Shown here piece by piece: positions 49,801 to 59,364 of a stretch of DNA of 64,000 nt (position 1 is its first letter; every line of letters begins with the position of its first letter). The position numbers and the translations under genes are program-made. The notes under the pieces were generated by a model. It searched no databases. It was not told the origin of the DNA and was given only the letters and a program-made list of their open reading frames with translations. Origin of the DNA: Candidatus Latescibacterota bacterium (GTDB lineage: Bacteria; Latescibacterota; UBA2968). The stretch lies in NCBI GenBank assembly GCA_965205975.1, contig OZ242195.1, positions 4,128,001 through 4,192,000 of the forward strand. Direction: 5' to 3'.

Positions 49801-50170
49801 TGTGGATAACTCAATTTCCTGGACATTGGATCAAAAAATCAAAACGCATTGATTTTTAAAGAGAAAGGCGGTCTGTGCACAGATCTGTGCACAAGTTTTT
49901 GGGTGTGGAAAATAATCTGGATAAATTGTGGATTCTTTGTGTAAAAAAGATATCCACATGCTCAAGTGTGGAAAACCACACTCTTTTTCCACACTTTTTG
50001 CACACAGAAATACACAATGTCAAATTGGCAGAGATTTTCTTATCCCTCTATTTTTCTGCAAGTTGTTCTTTTTTTCGATTCTTTTCCACAGAATCCACAG
50101 CGTTATTATTATTGTTGTATATCATAGTACATATTTTCATTCTATTAATAACATAAACAGAAATTGTGAG
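49801..50170. other. Putative replication origin oriC (DnaA boxes, DnaA-trios, AT-rich unwinding region)
   Basis: TGTGGATAA 49801, TGTGGAAAA 49904 and 49967, ATATCCACA 49950, TTTTCCACA 49985 and 50082, GAATCCACA 50091, then GCG and TTATTATTATTGTTGT and an AT-rich tract; adjacent to dnaA. Confidence 0.88.
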
Positions 50171-50220
50171 TAAATGACGACCTGGACATCTAAAACAGGA
50201 ATACAAACGATAAAAATAAA

Positions 50221-50245
50221 CCCCAGACCTCTATGAGATCTGGGG
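50221..50245 (-). terminator. Terminator after dnaA
   Basis: ccccaga..tctgggg hairpin; A-run on the left gives a U-tract on the minus strand. Confidence 0.7.
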
Positions 50246-50293
50246 CATATTTTTAATATCTATCTGCTTATGTCATTATTGGGCTATCATTCC

Positions 50294-51682
50294 TTAACTT
50301 ATGATATGATCTTGTAGTTCACTGACAAGATGTTCAAATTCTGGATCCGATGATATTTTGTTTTCGACGCTCCGGCACGCGTGAATAACTGTGCTGTGAT
50401 CGCGATTTCCAAATTGTACACCAATGGTTTTGAGTGGAGCACCTGTAAGAGATTTGCTCAAATACATACTCACATGCCGGGCTGTTGCCACATCTTGCTT
50501 TCGAGTTGCGCCGATCAGTTTATCTAAAGGTATTTCAAAAAAGTGAGCGGCAGCTTTTTGAATGCTCTCAATAGTAACAGTTGGTTTGGTCTTTTGGGGC
50601 GGGCTTAGAAGAGTCTTTCGCGCTGTTTCAATCGTAAGTGGATAGCGTTGTAATTTAGTAAAGGCCACCAGGCGTTTTAATGCTCCTTCAAGTTCGCGGA
50701 TGTTGGTATGGATTTGTTCAGCTAAGAAACTGGCAATTTCGTGGGACAATGAAATACCCATTTCTTCTGCTTTCTGCATCAAAATTGCCACGCGCGTGGA
50801 AAGGTCCGGTGCTTCAATATTTGTAACCAGCCCCCATTGAAATCGAGAAATCAACCGATCTTCAAACCCTTTGAGATGAGATGGTGGGCGATCGGAACTG
50901 ATGATGATCTGTTTATCCGCCTGAAATAGCGCATTAAATGTATGGATAAACTCTCTTTGGCAACCTTCGGTTTTCACATAATACTGGATGTCATCAACGA
51001 GCAATACATCCGCCTGGCGATAGATTTGATAGAAATTAGAAGTTGTTCCGCGGTTAATTCCTTCTAAATAATCCGTGAGAAACTGCTGTGCAGTAACATA
51101 AACCACCCGTTGAGCTGTCCCCATTTCGATGCAATATGCACCAATAGCCTGTAGCAGGTGGGTTTTTCCCAATCCAACGCCACTATAAAGGACAAGGGGA
51201 TTAAAAGCTGTTTGTCCCGGCGACTCTGCTGTGGCTTTTGCAGCGGAAAACGACACTTCATTGCTTTCGCCAACAACAAAATTTTCAAACCGATACCGTG
51301 GGTTGAGAGGAAATACAGGTTGGGCAGGTCCAGAATGAAGAGATGGTCCAGTAGATACAGGATCGAGAGATGTTTCCTGCATGTATTCGGGACCCTGACC
51401 CTGTGTCACGGGAATTGCCATTTGTTGATGAGTATCACCAACGGCAAAACTTATGCGTGGATTCCAAGTAAAAACTTCCTGGATGGTCGTTTTGATCAAC
51501 CCGATGTAATTTTGTTCTAACCAATCGGCATAAATTCTTTCGGGCACCACCAGAATAGCTTCTTCGGAGGTAAATTGCCGCGCCGTAATTGGAGCGAACC
51601 AGGTTTCAAAACTTTGATCCTGTATTTTTTCTTGGATGGCGTGGAGACACCGGTTCCATAAGTTAGAAGAGCGTTCATCCAT
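50294..51682 (-). CDS. dnaA: Chromosomal replication initiator DnaA
   Basis: SFETWF, LNPRYRFENFVVGESN, GVGLGKTHL, VDDIQ, RLISRFQWGL, NIRELEGAL, RDHSTVIHA. Confidence 0.98.
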   Translation of the reverse strand: MDERSSNLWNRCLHAIQEKIQDQSFETWFAPITARQFTSEEAILVVPERIYADWLEQNYIGLIKTTIQEVFTWNPRISFAVGDTHQQMAIPVTQGQGPEYMQETSLDPVSTGPSLHSGPAQPVFPLNPRYRFENFVVGESNEVSFSAAKATAESPGQTAFNPLVLYSGVGLGKTHLLQAIGAYCIEMGTAQRVVYVTAQQFLTDYLEGINRGTTSNFYQIYRQADVLLVDDIQYYVKTEGCQREFIHTFNALFQADKQIIISSDRPPSHLKGFEDRLISRFQWGLVTNIEAPDLSTRVAILMQKAEEMGISLSHEIASFLAEQIHTNIRELEGALKRLVAFTKLQRYPLTIETARKTLLSPPQKTKPTVTIESIQKAAAHFFEIPLDKLIGATRKQDVATARHVSMYLSKSLTGAPLKTIGVQFGNRDHSTVIHACRSVENKISSDPEFEHLVSELQDHIIS

Positions 51683-52044
51683 AGTGCAAATATCCGTCTA
51701 TGGCTGGCAAACACGCGCCAACTAAGGGAAACATCATGAGAATGCTTTAAGCATTGGAAACCGTTGTCTGAGGAATCCGAATATAAGGGAGGTTGATTTC
51801 GGTTCAGAAGCCGGAGGGCTCTCAATTGAGGGGGGAAAATTGAAAGTATTCTGAAATTTTGAAATCGAAATATTTCGGTTATTCTTAACAGCAGACTACG
51901 GTGGGGGAATCCACTTCAAAAGTGAATTTCAAAAGATTCTAAAAGCTAATCGAAAATTAAGCAATGGAATAAGCGGTGTCAAGAGCGTTTTGGTCAAAGA
52001 AGAACGTTAATAAACATTTGAAAAATAGTAAAATAATAGTAAAA

Positions 52045-52089
52045 AGTCAATATATAGTGTACAAAAAAAATGTACACTATATGTAGTAG
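52045..52089. promoter_or_regulatory. Candidate tandem NrdR boxes in the dnaA/rpmH divergent promoter
   Basis: AGTCAATATATAGTGT (52045-52060) and ACACTATATGTAGTAG (52074-52089) match acaCwAtATaTwGtgt. Confidence 0.55.
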
Positions 52090-52125
52090 TATAACCAGAG
52101 GACTCTCCTATCAAAATGAAATCCC

Positions 52126-52154
52126 TTGACAAAGCAGATATGCACCTCTATATT
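52126..52154 (+). promoter_or_regulatory. Sigma70 promoter of the rpmH operon
   Basis: TTGACA-N17-TATATT. Confidence 0.7.
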
Positions 52155-52209
52155 CCAAACTCTTTGTCGATATAGATAATTGAAATTTTTGTAGATACGA
52201 GGTGGTTTG

Positions 52210-52344
52210 ATGAAACGGACGTTTCAACCACATAATCGCAAGCGCAAAAATAAACACGGTTTTCGCGCTCGCATGAGTTCTCCCGGTGGTCGCCATGTGC
52301 TGAATCGACGGCGCCGAAAGGGTCGCAAGCAGCTATCGCACTGA
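52210..52344 (+). CDS. rpmH: 50S ribosomal protein L34 (absent from the ORF track)
   Basis: Translates as [53 protein letters not shown]. Confidence 0.97.
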   Translation: MKRTFQPHNRKRKNKHGFRARMSSPGGRHVLNRRRRKGRKQLSH

Positions 52345-52358
52345 TATGTAGGTGTGTT

Positions 52359-52688
52359 ATGGGAACACCCAACCTACGCATTCGACGCGAAATAGCGAAA
52401 ATTCGACAGCACGGCCAGATCTTTCGTGGGCGTTGGGTTCATGTTCGGATTGGTACTTCCGAGATGGATCTAACGCTCATTTCAATTCGAAAAAAATTTG
52501 GAAACGCAGTTCGGCGCAATCGCATCCGCCGGCAAGTACGTGCAATATGTTCCGAACTAATACCTTCAGGTCATCCTCACTGTCTAATGCTTATCTCTAT
52601 AGGAGACCACGCATGCGGTGTCTCTTATACTCAACTCCGTCTTGAACTACACCTCGCATTTCAAAAGGTCGGTCTTATCGACTCCTGA
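52359..52688 (+). CDS. rnpA: Ribonuclease P protein component
   Basis: KKFGNAVRRNRIRR RNR motif; follows rpmH. Confidence 0.9.
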   Translation: MGTPNLRIRREIAKIRQHGQIFRGRWVHVRIGTSEMDLTLISIRKKFGNAVRRNRIRRQVRAICSELIPSGHPHCLMLISIGDHACGVSYTQLRLELHLAFQKVGLIDS

Positions 52689-52741
52689 TTTGTTTTTGCA
52701 ATCCCTTCCTTTATTATTCTCTGTGTAGAAAGACTGAATTT

Positions 52742-54433
52742 ATGGATAGACGTACGGTATTTGCCTTTGCGTTAATCGGCCTGATCTTGATACTGATGCC
52801 GTATTACATGCAATTCTTTCAAGGTGACACACCTCCTGTAGAAAAATCCGCCCCTCGCCAGATTGAGCCACCGCAGATTACTGATCTAGCTCCCAAACCT
52901 CAACCCACACAACAACCCGAGACTCAACGGCCTCCTATCCAGGACAAAAGTCCAGCCTCTACATCGACGTTCCAGGCTCGCGATATTGTCATAGATGCGG
53001 AACTGTACCGCGCCGTCATCTCCACGCGCGGTGGCGTGATTACCAGTTGGCAACTCAAGAGCTATTTTGATGGCAATGGCAATTGGCTGGAATTGATCCC
53101 ACGCAACGGTGCTGGACTTGGTGCTACTGTTGCGAGTGAGTCCCTAAATGGTCTCGAATTTACTCCCGATCGTGATCGCCTTAATATTTATGGTGATACG
53201 CAAGATCTGATCGTGTTTCGTGCTCAATCTCCGCGTGGCCCAGTCGAGAAACGTTTCCGATTTCAGGGCAACCGGTATCGCATTCACGTTTCCGTCATAG
53301 CTGAAAGTCTTGCTCGAGATGATAAATTAGGGATAACATGGGATGGAAGTCTCGCTGACACAGAAAATAAGCGCGGGACGTCAGAGAGCTTTTACGAAGG
53401 TGTTTATGAACAAATCGTTACCTACATGGGAGGGGAAGTTGAAACATGGGATACAGACCGCCTTCAAGATAAAGAGACGCCTCCAAGTGGTCAACTGACC
53501 TGGATTGGCGTAAGAAATAAATACTTTCTCGCCGCGGTTATCCCCAACGAAGGTCGTTATGACCTCGACCTTTACGGCGATAATAAGATTGATCCATTTG
53601 GTTTTTCATATCGCGATTTTGCTTTTGATATGTATGCTGATTCTGGACTTAATACTATCAATTACTCCGCGTATATTGGTCCAATTTCTTATGACATTTT
53701 ACGTGCTCAAAATCGCGATCTCGATGGACTTGAACGAGAACTGGACCTCGATGACTTTGTCGATTACGGTCCTTATTTTGTTCGCTCTATTCTCAAGCCA
53801 GTTACGATTTTAATTCTTAAAGCCTTCCTCGCCATGCACGCTCTGGTTCCAAATTACGGCGTGGTCATAATTCTTTTTTCTATTCTCGTCAAAGTCGTTG
53901 TCTTCCCACTCACGCATAAGAGTCTTGAATCTACTGCCAAGATGCAGACGCTTCAGCCCAAAATTGCCGAACTTCGCGAGCGTTATGCCAACGACCAGCA
54001 AAAAGTGAATCAGGCGATGATGAAACTCTACCGGGACGAGAAGATCAACCCCATCGGTGGATGTTTGCCCATGGTCTTACAGATGCCCATACTGTTTTCT
54101 CTTTTCTCACTGTTTCGCGGGACTATTGAACTCCGGCAAGCTGGATTCGCCCTTTGGATTACCGACCTTTCCCAACCAGATACCATCCCCATTGGTGATT
54201 TTGACCTGCACCTCTTGCCTCTTTTAATGGGGATATCGATGTTCATTCAGCAAAAGATGATGATGAAAGATCCCAAACAGGCTATTCTCGTTTATATCAT
54301 GCCCATCTTTCTCACCTATATTTTTTGGAGTATGTCCTCTGGCCTCGTCTTTTATTACACGCTCTATAATGTGCTGACCCTCGCCCAGCAGATCATCATG
54401 GAAAAAACCAAATCGATGTTGGGCACGTCCTGA
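52742..54433 (+). CDS. yidC: Membrane protein insertase YidC
   Basis: NYGVVIILFSILVK..FPLT, NPIGGCLPMVLQMP, LWITDLSQPD, SSGLVFYY. Confidence 0.96.
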   Translation: MDRRTVFAFALIGLILILMPYYMQFFQGDTPPVEKSAPRQIEPPQITDLAPKPQPTQQPETQRPPIQDKSPASTSTFQARDIVIDAELYRAVISTRGGVITSWQLKSYFDGNGNWLELIPRNGAGLGATVASESLNGLEFTPDRDRLNIYGDTQDLIVFRAQSPRGPVEKRFRFQGNRYRIHVSVIAESLARDDKLGITWDGSLADTENKRGTSESFYEGVYEQIVTYMGGEVETWDTDRLQDKETPPSGQLTWIGVRNKYFLAAVIPNEGRYDLDLYGDNKIDPFGFSYRDFAFDMYADSGLNTINYSAYIGPISYDILRAQNRDLDGLERELDLDDFVDYGPYFVRSILKPVTILILKAFLAMHALVPNYGVVIILFSILVKVVVFPLTHKSLESTAKMQTLQPKIAELRERYANDQQKVNQAMMKLYRDEKINPIGGCLPMVLQMPILFSLFSLFRGTIELRQAGFALWITDLSQPDTIPIGDFDLHLLPLLMGISMFIQQKMMMKDPKQAILVYIMPIFLTYIFWSMSSGLVFYYTLYNVLTLAQQIIMEKTKSMLGTS

Positions 54434-54446
54434 CAGGTTTATTTCT

Positions 54447-55793
54447 ATGTCCGACAACGATACCATCGCGGCAATCGCTACAGCTCCGGGTGACGGTGCG
54501 ATTGGCATCATCAGACTCAGCGGACCAGATGCCATCTCAATTGGAGAACGTCTCTTCAGAGGCAAAAGCCCTCTCCGCAACCTTCCTTCTCGCCAACTAT
54601 CTTTTGGACATCTCTACATTCAGGGTCGGGATTTTGACAAAGTCCTGGTCTCGGTCATGCGTGCTCCCAATTCCTTTACCGGCGACGATACAGTTGAATT
54701 TAACTGCCATGGAGGTCCTTTTCTCCTCAGACGGGTTGTGGAAGCAGTATTTCAAGAGGGTGGTCGGCCGGCTGGTCCAGGAGAATTCACCAGGCGAGCT
54801 TTTCTCAACGGCAAGATAGATCTCTCGCAGGCAGAAGCAGTTTCTGATATGATCACCGCGAAATCTGACCTGAGCCTCCAATCTGCTTTTTTTCAACTCC
54901 GAGGTGGATTTCATCGCCGTTTCGTAAAAATGGCAGAATCTATTCGTCAGGCGGCCATGCTTCTCGAAGCTAATTTAGACTTTTCTGAGGATGTAGAGAT
55001 AGATGTCGAGATGATTAAGCCACCACTCTCTCGGGCTTTAAAGCATATTGAAGAGCTCATTCTTTCCTATGAACGCGGAAAAATTATTCGCGAAGGTGCC
55101 GTCGTCACCCTCGCAGGTCAACCCAATGTGGGAAAATCCAGTCTTCTCAACCGACTTCTCGAAGAAGATCGTGCGATTGTTACAGATATTCCCGGTACAA
55201 CGCGAGACACAATTGAAGAGCAAATCGATCTCAATGGAATTGCTGTTACACTGGTTGACACAGCTGGTATTCGCGATACCGACGACCCGGTGGAAAGAGA
55301 GGGTACGCGTCGGTCTCAACAATTCATAGACCGCGCAGCTATTGTTCTCTATATTGTAGATGGATCGCTTCCACCACATTCCCAGGATCTGGACAACATC
55401 AGTCGTTATGATCAGGCGTTTCTTGTTCTCAATAAGAGCGATCTGGGTATTTACACTGGGTGGCAAAGCGTTCAGCCTTGCCACCCCCAAATCATTCTCT
55501 CAGCCAAAACGGGCGATGGCATCCCCACTCTGCGTGCTCGCCTTCGTGAGACTCTCCTGGGAAAGAGCGACCTGCCTGACGAAATTGTCACCAAAGAACG
55601 GCATGTTCTCGCACTTCAGCAAGCTTCAACGGGACTCTCCCAGGCTCTTCAAAGCCTTGAATTCGGCAATCCGGGGGAAATTATTGCGCTGGACCTCCGC
55701 GTTGCTCTGGACGCGCTCGCCGCAATCATTGGAGAGACCACGCCCGATGATGTTCTTGATCGAATCTTCCAAACCTTTTGCATCGGAAAATAA
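54447..55793 (+). CDS. mnmE: tRNA modification GTPase MnmE
   Basis: DTIAAIAT, GEFTRRAFLNGK, GQPNVGKSSL, GTTRD, DTAGIR, NKSD, C-terminal FCIGK. Confidence 0.97.
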   Translation: MSDNDTIAAIATAPGDGAIGIIRLSGPDAISIGERLFRGKSPLRNLPSRQLSFGHLYIQGRDFDKVLVSVMRAPNSFTGDDTVEFNCHGGPFLLRRVVEAVFQEGGRPAGPGEFTRRAFLNGKIDLSQAEAVSDMITAKSDLSLQSAFFQLRGGFHRRFVKMAESIRQAAMLLEANLDFSEDVEIDVEMIKPPLSRALKHIEELILSYERGKIIREGAVVTLAGQPNVGKSSLLNRLLEEDRAIVTDIPGTTRDTIEEQIDLNGIAVTLVDTAGIRDTDDPVEREGTRRSQQFIDRAAIVLYIVDGSLPPHSQDLDNISRYDQAFLVLNKSDLGIYTGWQSVQPCHPQIILSAKTGDGIPTLRARLRETLLGKSDLPDEIVTKERHVLALQQASTGLSQALQSLEFGNPGEIIALDLRVALDALAAIIGETTPDDVLDRIFQTFCIGK

Positions 55794-55865
55794 TGTTGAA
55801 CTGGTCTGGCCCTGTGTAGAACCCTCACGGGACCAGACCAGTTGTAAAACGTTCCACGTGAAACA
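55793..55865. repeat. Structured repeat, copy A (hairpin followed by parS)
   Basis: aactggtctgg..ccagaccagtt 11-bp stem; shares gttgaactgg and gtgtagaaccxtcacggga with copy B. Confidence 0.7.
55850..55865. promoter_or_regulatory. parS site
   Basis: CGTTCCACGTGAAACA versus consensus TGTTNCACGTGAAACA; near the origin. Confidence 0.88.
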
Positions 55866-55943
55866 TCGGTGAGACGTGAAACGCAAGAGGGGTTGAGCGG
55901 TCATCTCACCTGCTTCTTACCGCCTTTTCTAAAGGTATATCCA

Positions 55944-56582
55944 ATGCAACCCGCTAAAGCTATTGAGCTTGCGAAGAGGTCCTTTGCTCTCTCTTTTTCT
56001 TATGAACAGATCGCCAGGCTCCAGCAATATGTCGACTTGCTTACCGATTGGTCGGGTCGCGTTCGATTGATCTCCCGCAATGATCGCAATTTTATATGGG
56101 AACGTCATATTCTCGATTGTCTCTCGCTGGTACCGCACCTTCCAGGGGATGGACCTCTCCTGGATTTGGGGTCAGGTGCTGGTCTGCCGGGTATTGTGAT
56201 CAAGATTATGAGGTCCGACCTCGAAGTTTATCTCCTTGAACCCACCCGCATGAAAAACCTATTTCTCCAGGAAGCTATTACTGCGCTCGGCCTTCAAAAC
56301 GCTTTCGCTATCAGATATCGCGCTGAGCACCTTGTTGAAGATCCTTCATTCTCTGGTAAATTTCTGGTTGGTACAGCCCGTGCAGTTGCACGCCTGCCCC
56401 AGCTCTGGAATTGGGCAGAACCGTTTCTCGCCCCTCACGGTGTACTTATTTCAATGAAAGGCCCAGATTCTCTCTGCGAGTTCACAAACGGTGTTCCACA
56501 CCACATCTATGCTACTGAAACCTCTTTGACCTTACCCTTTACACGACGCAGACGGTCTTTTGTCTTTCTTAAAAGACGTTGA
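55944..56582 (+). CDS. rsmG: 16S rRNA m7G527 methyltransferase RsmG
   Basis: RHILDCL, LDLGSGAGLPGI, ARAVA, MKG. Confidence 0.94.
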   Translation: MQPAKAIELAKRSFALSFSYEQIARLQQYVDLLTDWSGRVRLISRNDRNFIWERHILDCLSLVPHLPGDGPLLDLGSGAGLPGIVIKIMRSDLEVYLLEPTRMKNLFLQEAITALGLQNAFAIRYRAEHLVEDPSFSGKFLVGTARAVARLPQLWNWAEPFLAPHGVLISMKGPDSLCEFTNGVPHHIYATETSLTLPFTRRRRSFVFLKRR

Positions 56583-56740
56583 ACTGGTTCCGTGTAGAAC
56601 CATCACGGGATGACACGACCAGCTATACCCCGTTTCACGTGAAACGGGGTATGAAGGCGAGTAATGAACTGCTGATAAACCATCGCAGTTATACACCGCT
56701 CCGAGCATGACTGGTCGCTGTCCAGACCACAGTTCAACAT
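56578..56740. repeat. Structured repeat, copy B (~160 bp, terminal inverted ends, contains parS)
   Basis: gttgaactg..cagttcaac ends; internal hairpins; 56649-56713 is 60/65 identical to 60081-60145. Confidence 0.75.
56631..56646. promoter_or_regulatory. parS site
   Basis: CGTTTCACGTGAAACG within a perfect 28-bp palindrome (56625-56652). Confidence 0.9.
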
Positions 56741-56797
56741 GAGTTAGTAAATGGGGTATTAAATTAACGTATTATTATATCAAATAACATAGAGAGA

Positions 56798-56833
56798 AAG
56801 CCCGTTTCCCAACGCGAGAAACGGGCTTCTTTT
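56798..56833. terminator. Terminator between convergent rsmG and the XRE gene
   Basis: aagcccgtttc-loop-gaaacgggctt followed by ctttt. Confidence 0.75.
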
Positions 56834-56875
56834 GAGTTTAATGGATTTTGGGCAGTTACACGCTTTTAATCCAGA

Positions 56876-57379
56876 TCAGGTTATGCCAGCAAAAGCTTTT
56901 GCTGTACTGAGCAATGTTTGCCATTGTTGGGCGGGGATCTGAGTGATGATCTTAATGAGTTCGGGAATATCCCGGTCTGTGGTAGAAGCACTCGCGTTCA
57001 GGGCTTCGCACCACTGCTTGTTCTTGAGTACCTTGCGAATATCGGGGCTTTGAAGTGCTTTGACAATGCTTGCATTGAGCATTTTGGGGTTGGTAATAAT
57101 CTGGCTGATGACGGGGTCTGTTATCAGCTTTTCCATCTGGGTAAAAAGTTTGCGGCCTTCGGGTGTTTTCTGTGCGCGTTCTTTGTAAGCTAAAAAAAGA
57201 AGCCTTTGAGGGTCGAGATCGAGTGTTTTTGCAAGATTCGTACACACGTCGTCGGATGGTATGCGTTCGCCTTTTTCTATTTGATAAATATAAGTGCCCC
57301 ACACCCCAATACTTTCCCCCAAAGCCTGCTGGCTAAATCTTCCATTTCGAGCTTGTTTTATTATTTCACCAAACCTCAT
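56876..57379 (-). CDS. XRE-family HTH transcriptional regulator
   Basis: FGEIIKQAR..SQQALGESIGV..YIYQIEKGERIPS..LAKTL; GGAGG RBS. Confidence 0.88.
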   Translation of the reverse strand: MRFGEIIKQARNGRFSQQALGESIGVWGTYIYQIEKGERIPSDDVCTNLAKTLDLDPQRLLFLAYKERAQKTPEGRKLFTQMEKLITDPVISQIITNPKMLNASIVKALQSPDIRKVLKNKQWCEALNASASTTDRDIPELIKIITQIPAQQWQTLLSTAKAFAGIT

Positions 57380-57498
57380 ACACCCCTCCCAAAAGATCGG
57401 TCGCGTTTAAAAATCTGATAACATAATATGAATTGAAAAGAGCTGCGTGGCAAGCTAAATCCTTAAGAAACAGACAGGTTAAATGAAAATATTTACTC

Positions 57499-57527
57499 TT
57501 GACAACACAAACTTGACAGTGTATATT
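57499..57527 (+). promoter_or_regulatory. Sigma70 promoter divergent from the XRE gene
   Basis: TTGACA-N17-TATATT with a second CTTGACA inside the spacer. Confidence 0.6.
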
Positions 57528-57827
57528 TGGGTAGTTGCATTCTGGCACTCCCCATACAGAAAGCAACACATACACACTTGTTTGTGTGTATGTAGGGCTT
57601 AAAGCCCTGGAAAATAAAGAGAAACGCAATTCAGTTAAATTCTATTTCCCCTGAATTTAAGTCTCTCTTTATTTGGGTGGGGAGGGTAAACCGATCTTGC
57701 TCTGATTCCCCTTTCTCCCCAGATCGTCAGGCTTATCCTCCCCATTTCCCCTTTTTCTCCCCTTTTTTTCTACATTCAAGTACGGGTATTCTTTCGTACT
57801 CCATCTGTCTTTTTCAGGAAATCGCCC

Positions 57828-58178
57828 ATGGCCCTTGATGCTGGCGAACTCGATCTCATTCGAGAAACCGTTCACAATGCCATTGAGTCTTCGCAAGAAA
57901 ACTTTGCTCAAATGGTCGCCAGGCAGTTTGTAGAAGTTCGATCTGATATCCAAAATGTGCAGGATGCAATTCGCAAAATAAGCACACGTCAGGCTCAGGT
58001 CGAGGCCGATATATCAGAAGTCGGTCACATCTGCGAACAGCTAAAGCGCAGGCTTTCGATCATACACGATGGCATGGGTACTGCTGATCGGCTGTTGCAC
58101 GAGCGTGAAGTTTCACTCAGATTGGATCATCTCGAACGCGAGTTGGCAGAATTGCGGAGCCGTTTGCCCTCTGTTTGA
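57828..58178 (+). CDS. Hypothetical coiled-coil protein
   Basis: 116-aa ORF with heptad pattern and AGGA RBS. Confidence 0.7.
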   Translation: MALDAGELDLIRETVHNAIESSQENFAQMVARQFVEVRSDIQNVQDAIRKISTRQAQVEADISEVGHICEQLKRRLSIIHDGMGTADRLLHEREVSLRLDHLERELAELRSRLPSV

Positions 58179-58222
58179 TTTCCTCCCCCAAACATCCAGG
58201 TCCCCTATAACTTTGGGATAGC

Positions 58223-59083
58223 TCAATCTGAAACAACCGGATTTTCGAGTCGTCCCAGTCCGTCAATTTCACATATTACACGGTCGCCGTGTTTGAGCCA
58301 GAGTTGTGGCTCACGCCCCATACCCACACCGTGTGGTGTGCCGGTAAAAATCAAATCTCCGGGGGCAAGTGTGAATACATGTGTGAGATAAGCAATGAGT
58401 TTGGGTACATCGAAGATCAGTTGAGATGTATTGGAATCCTGTACTGTTTTGCCATTGAGAATACAGCGAATGCCCAGGTTGTGAGGATCGGGTACATCGT
58501 CTGTTGTGACCAGGTCAGGTCCTATTGGAGCAAATGTGTCAAAGGTTTTGCCCATCATCCATTGTGCACTTGGTTTTTCAAGCTGGTAATCACGAGCACT
58601 CACGTCGTGTCCAACCATGTAACCTGCAACATGGTTGAGGGCATCTTCTTCAGAGATGTTGCGACCGCTTTTGCCAATAACGACGACAAGCTCGACTTCG
58701 TAGTCAACCTGGGAACTCGCGCTGGGAGCTACGATATTCTCATCGGGACCAATGATGGATGATGCGTATTTGGAAAAGACAATGGGTTCGTCGGGAATGG
58801 GCATACTGCTCTCGGCGGCATGGTCGGCGTAGTTGAGACCTATGCAAATAATTTTTTCTGGATTGTCGATGGGCGCATGAATGGTGACATCGGTTGCAGA
58901 AATAGCATGCGTCCCACTATCAATTATTGCCCTGGCTCTGGAAATGGCATTATCGCCCGCTTCGAGAAATTCTTTCATGGTGGAAGGTATTGACGGGTCG
59001 GCAGCACTGAGGTCAATGATTGAATCGCCTGATCGGGCACCGAGCCGACGTTGTCCCTGATGCGTAAATGTAACGAGTCGCAT
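58223..59083 (-). CDS. Fumarylacetoacetate hydrolase family protein
   Basis: KIICIGLNYADH, DYEVEL, HDVSARD, GKTFDTFAPIGP, PGDLIFTGTP. Confidence 0.95.
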   Translation of the reverse strand: MRLVTFTHQGQRRLGARSGDSIIDLSAADPSIPSTMKEFLEAGDNAISRARAIIDSGTHAISATDVTIHAPIDNPEKIICIGLNYADHAAESSMPIPDEPIVFSKYASSIIGPDENIVAPSASSQVDYEVELVVVIGKSGRNISEEDALNHVAGYMVGHDVSARDYQLEKPSAQWMMGKTFDTFAPIGPDLVTTDDVPDPHNLGIRCILNGKTVQDSNTSQLIFDVPKLIAYLTHVFTLAPGDLIFTGTPHGVGMGREPQLWLKHGDRVICEIDGLGRLENPVVSD

Positions 59084-59364
59084 AATGATGTTGTCCTTGG
59101 GAATGTGGGGGTTTATATTGTTCTGCGCGGCGGCATTTCAGCCCCGCGATAGGTGCAATGGGTGACCGACGTTGTGTTGCGTCTGTATCACCACAGCGGG
59201 AACAATAAAGCGTGGAGAAGAACCACTGTCAAGGAAGATTTGGAGGTGTTTTTTTTTCGCTTAAAATGTGCAAACGGGTTGTTGTCTATGATGAGCGTCT
59301 GGGCTTATATTTAGAAACAGTACCATATATCAGGCGGTGTTGTTTTGGTTAAGGAGGACTGTAT

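Noticed and set aside
49875..50173. Small ORFs of 93 and 81 aa
   Set aside because: They overlie the DnaA-box cluster and have low-complexity translations.
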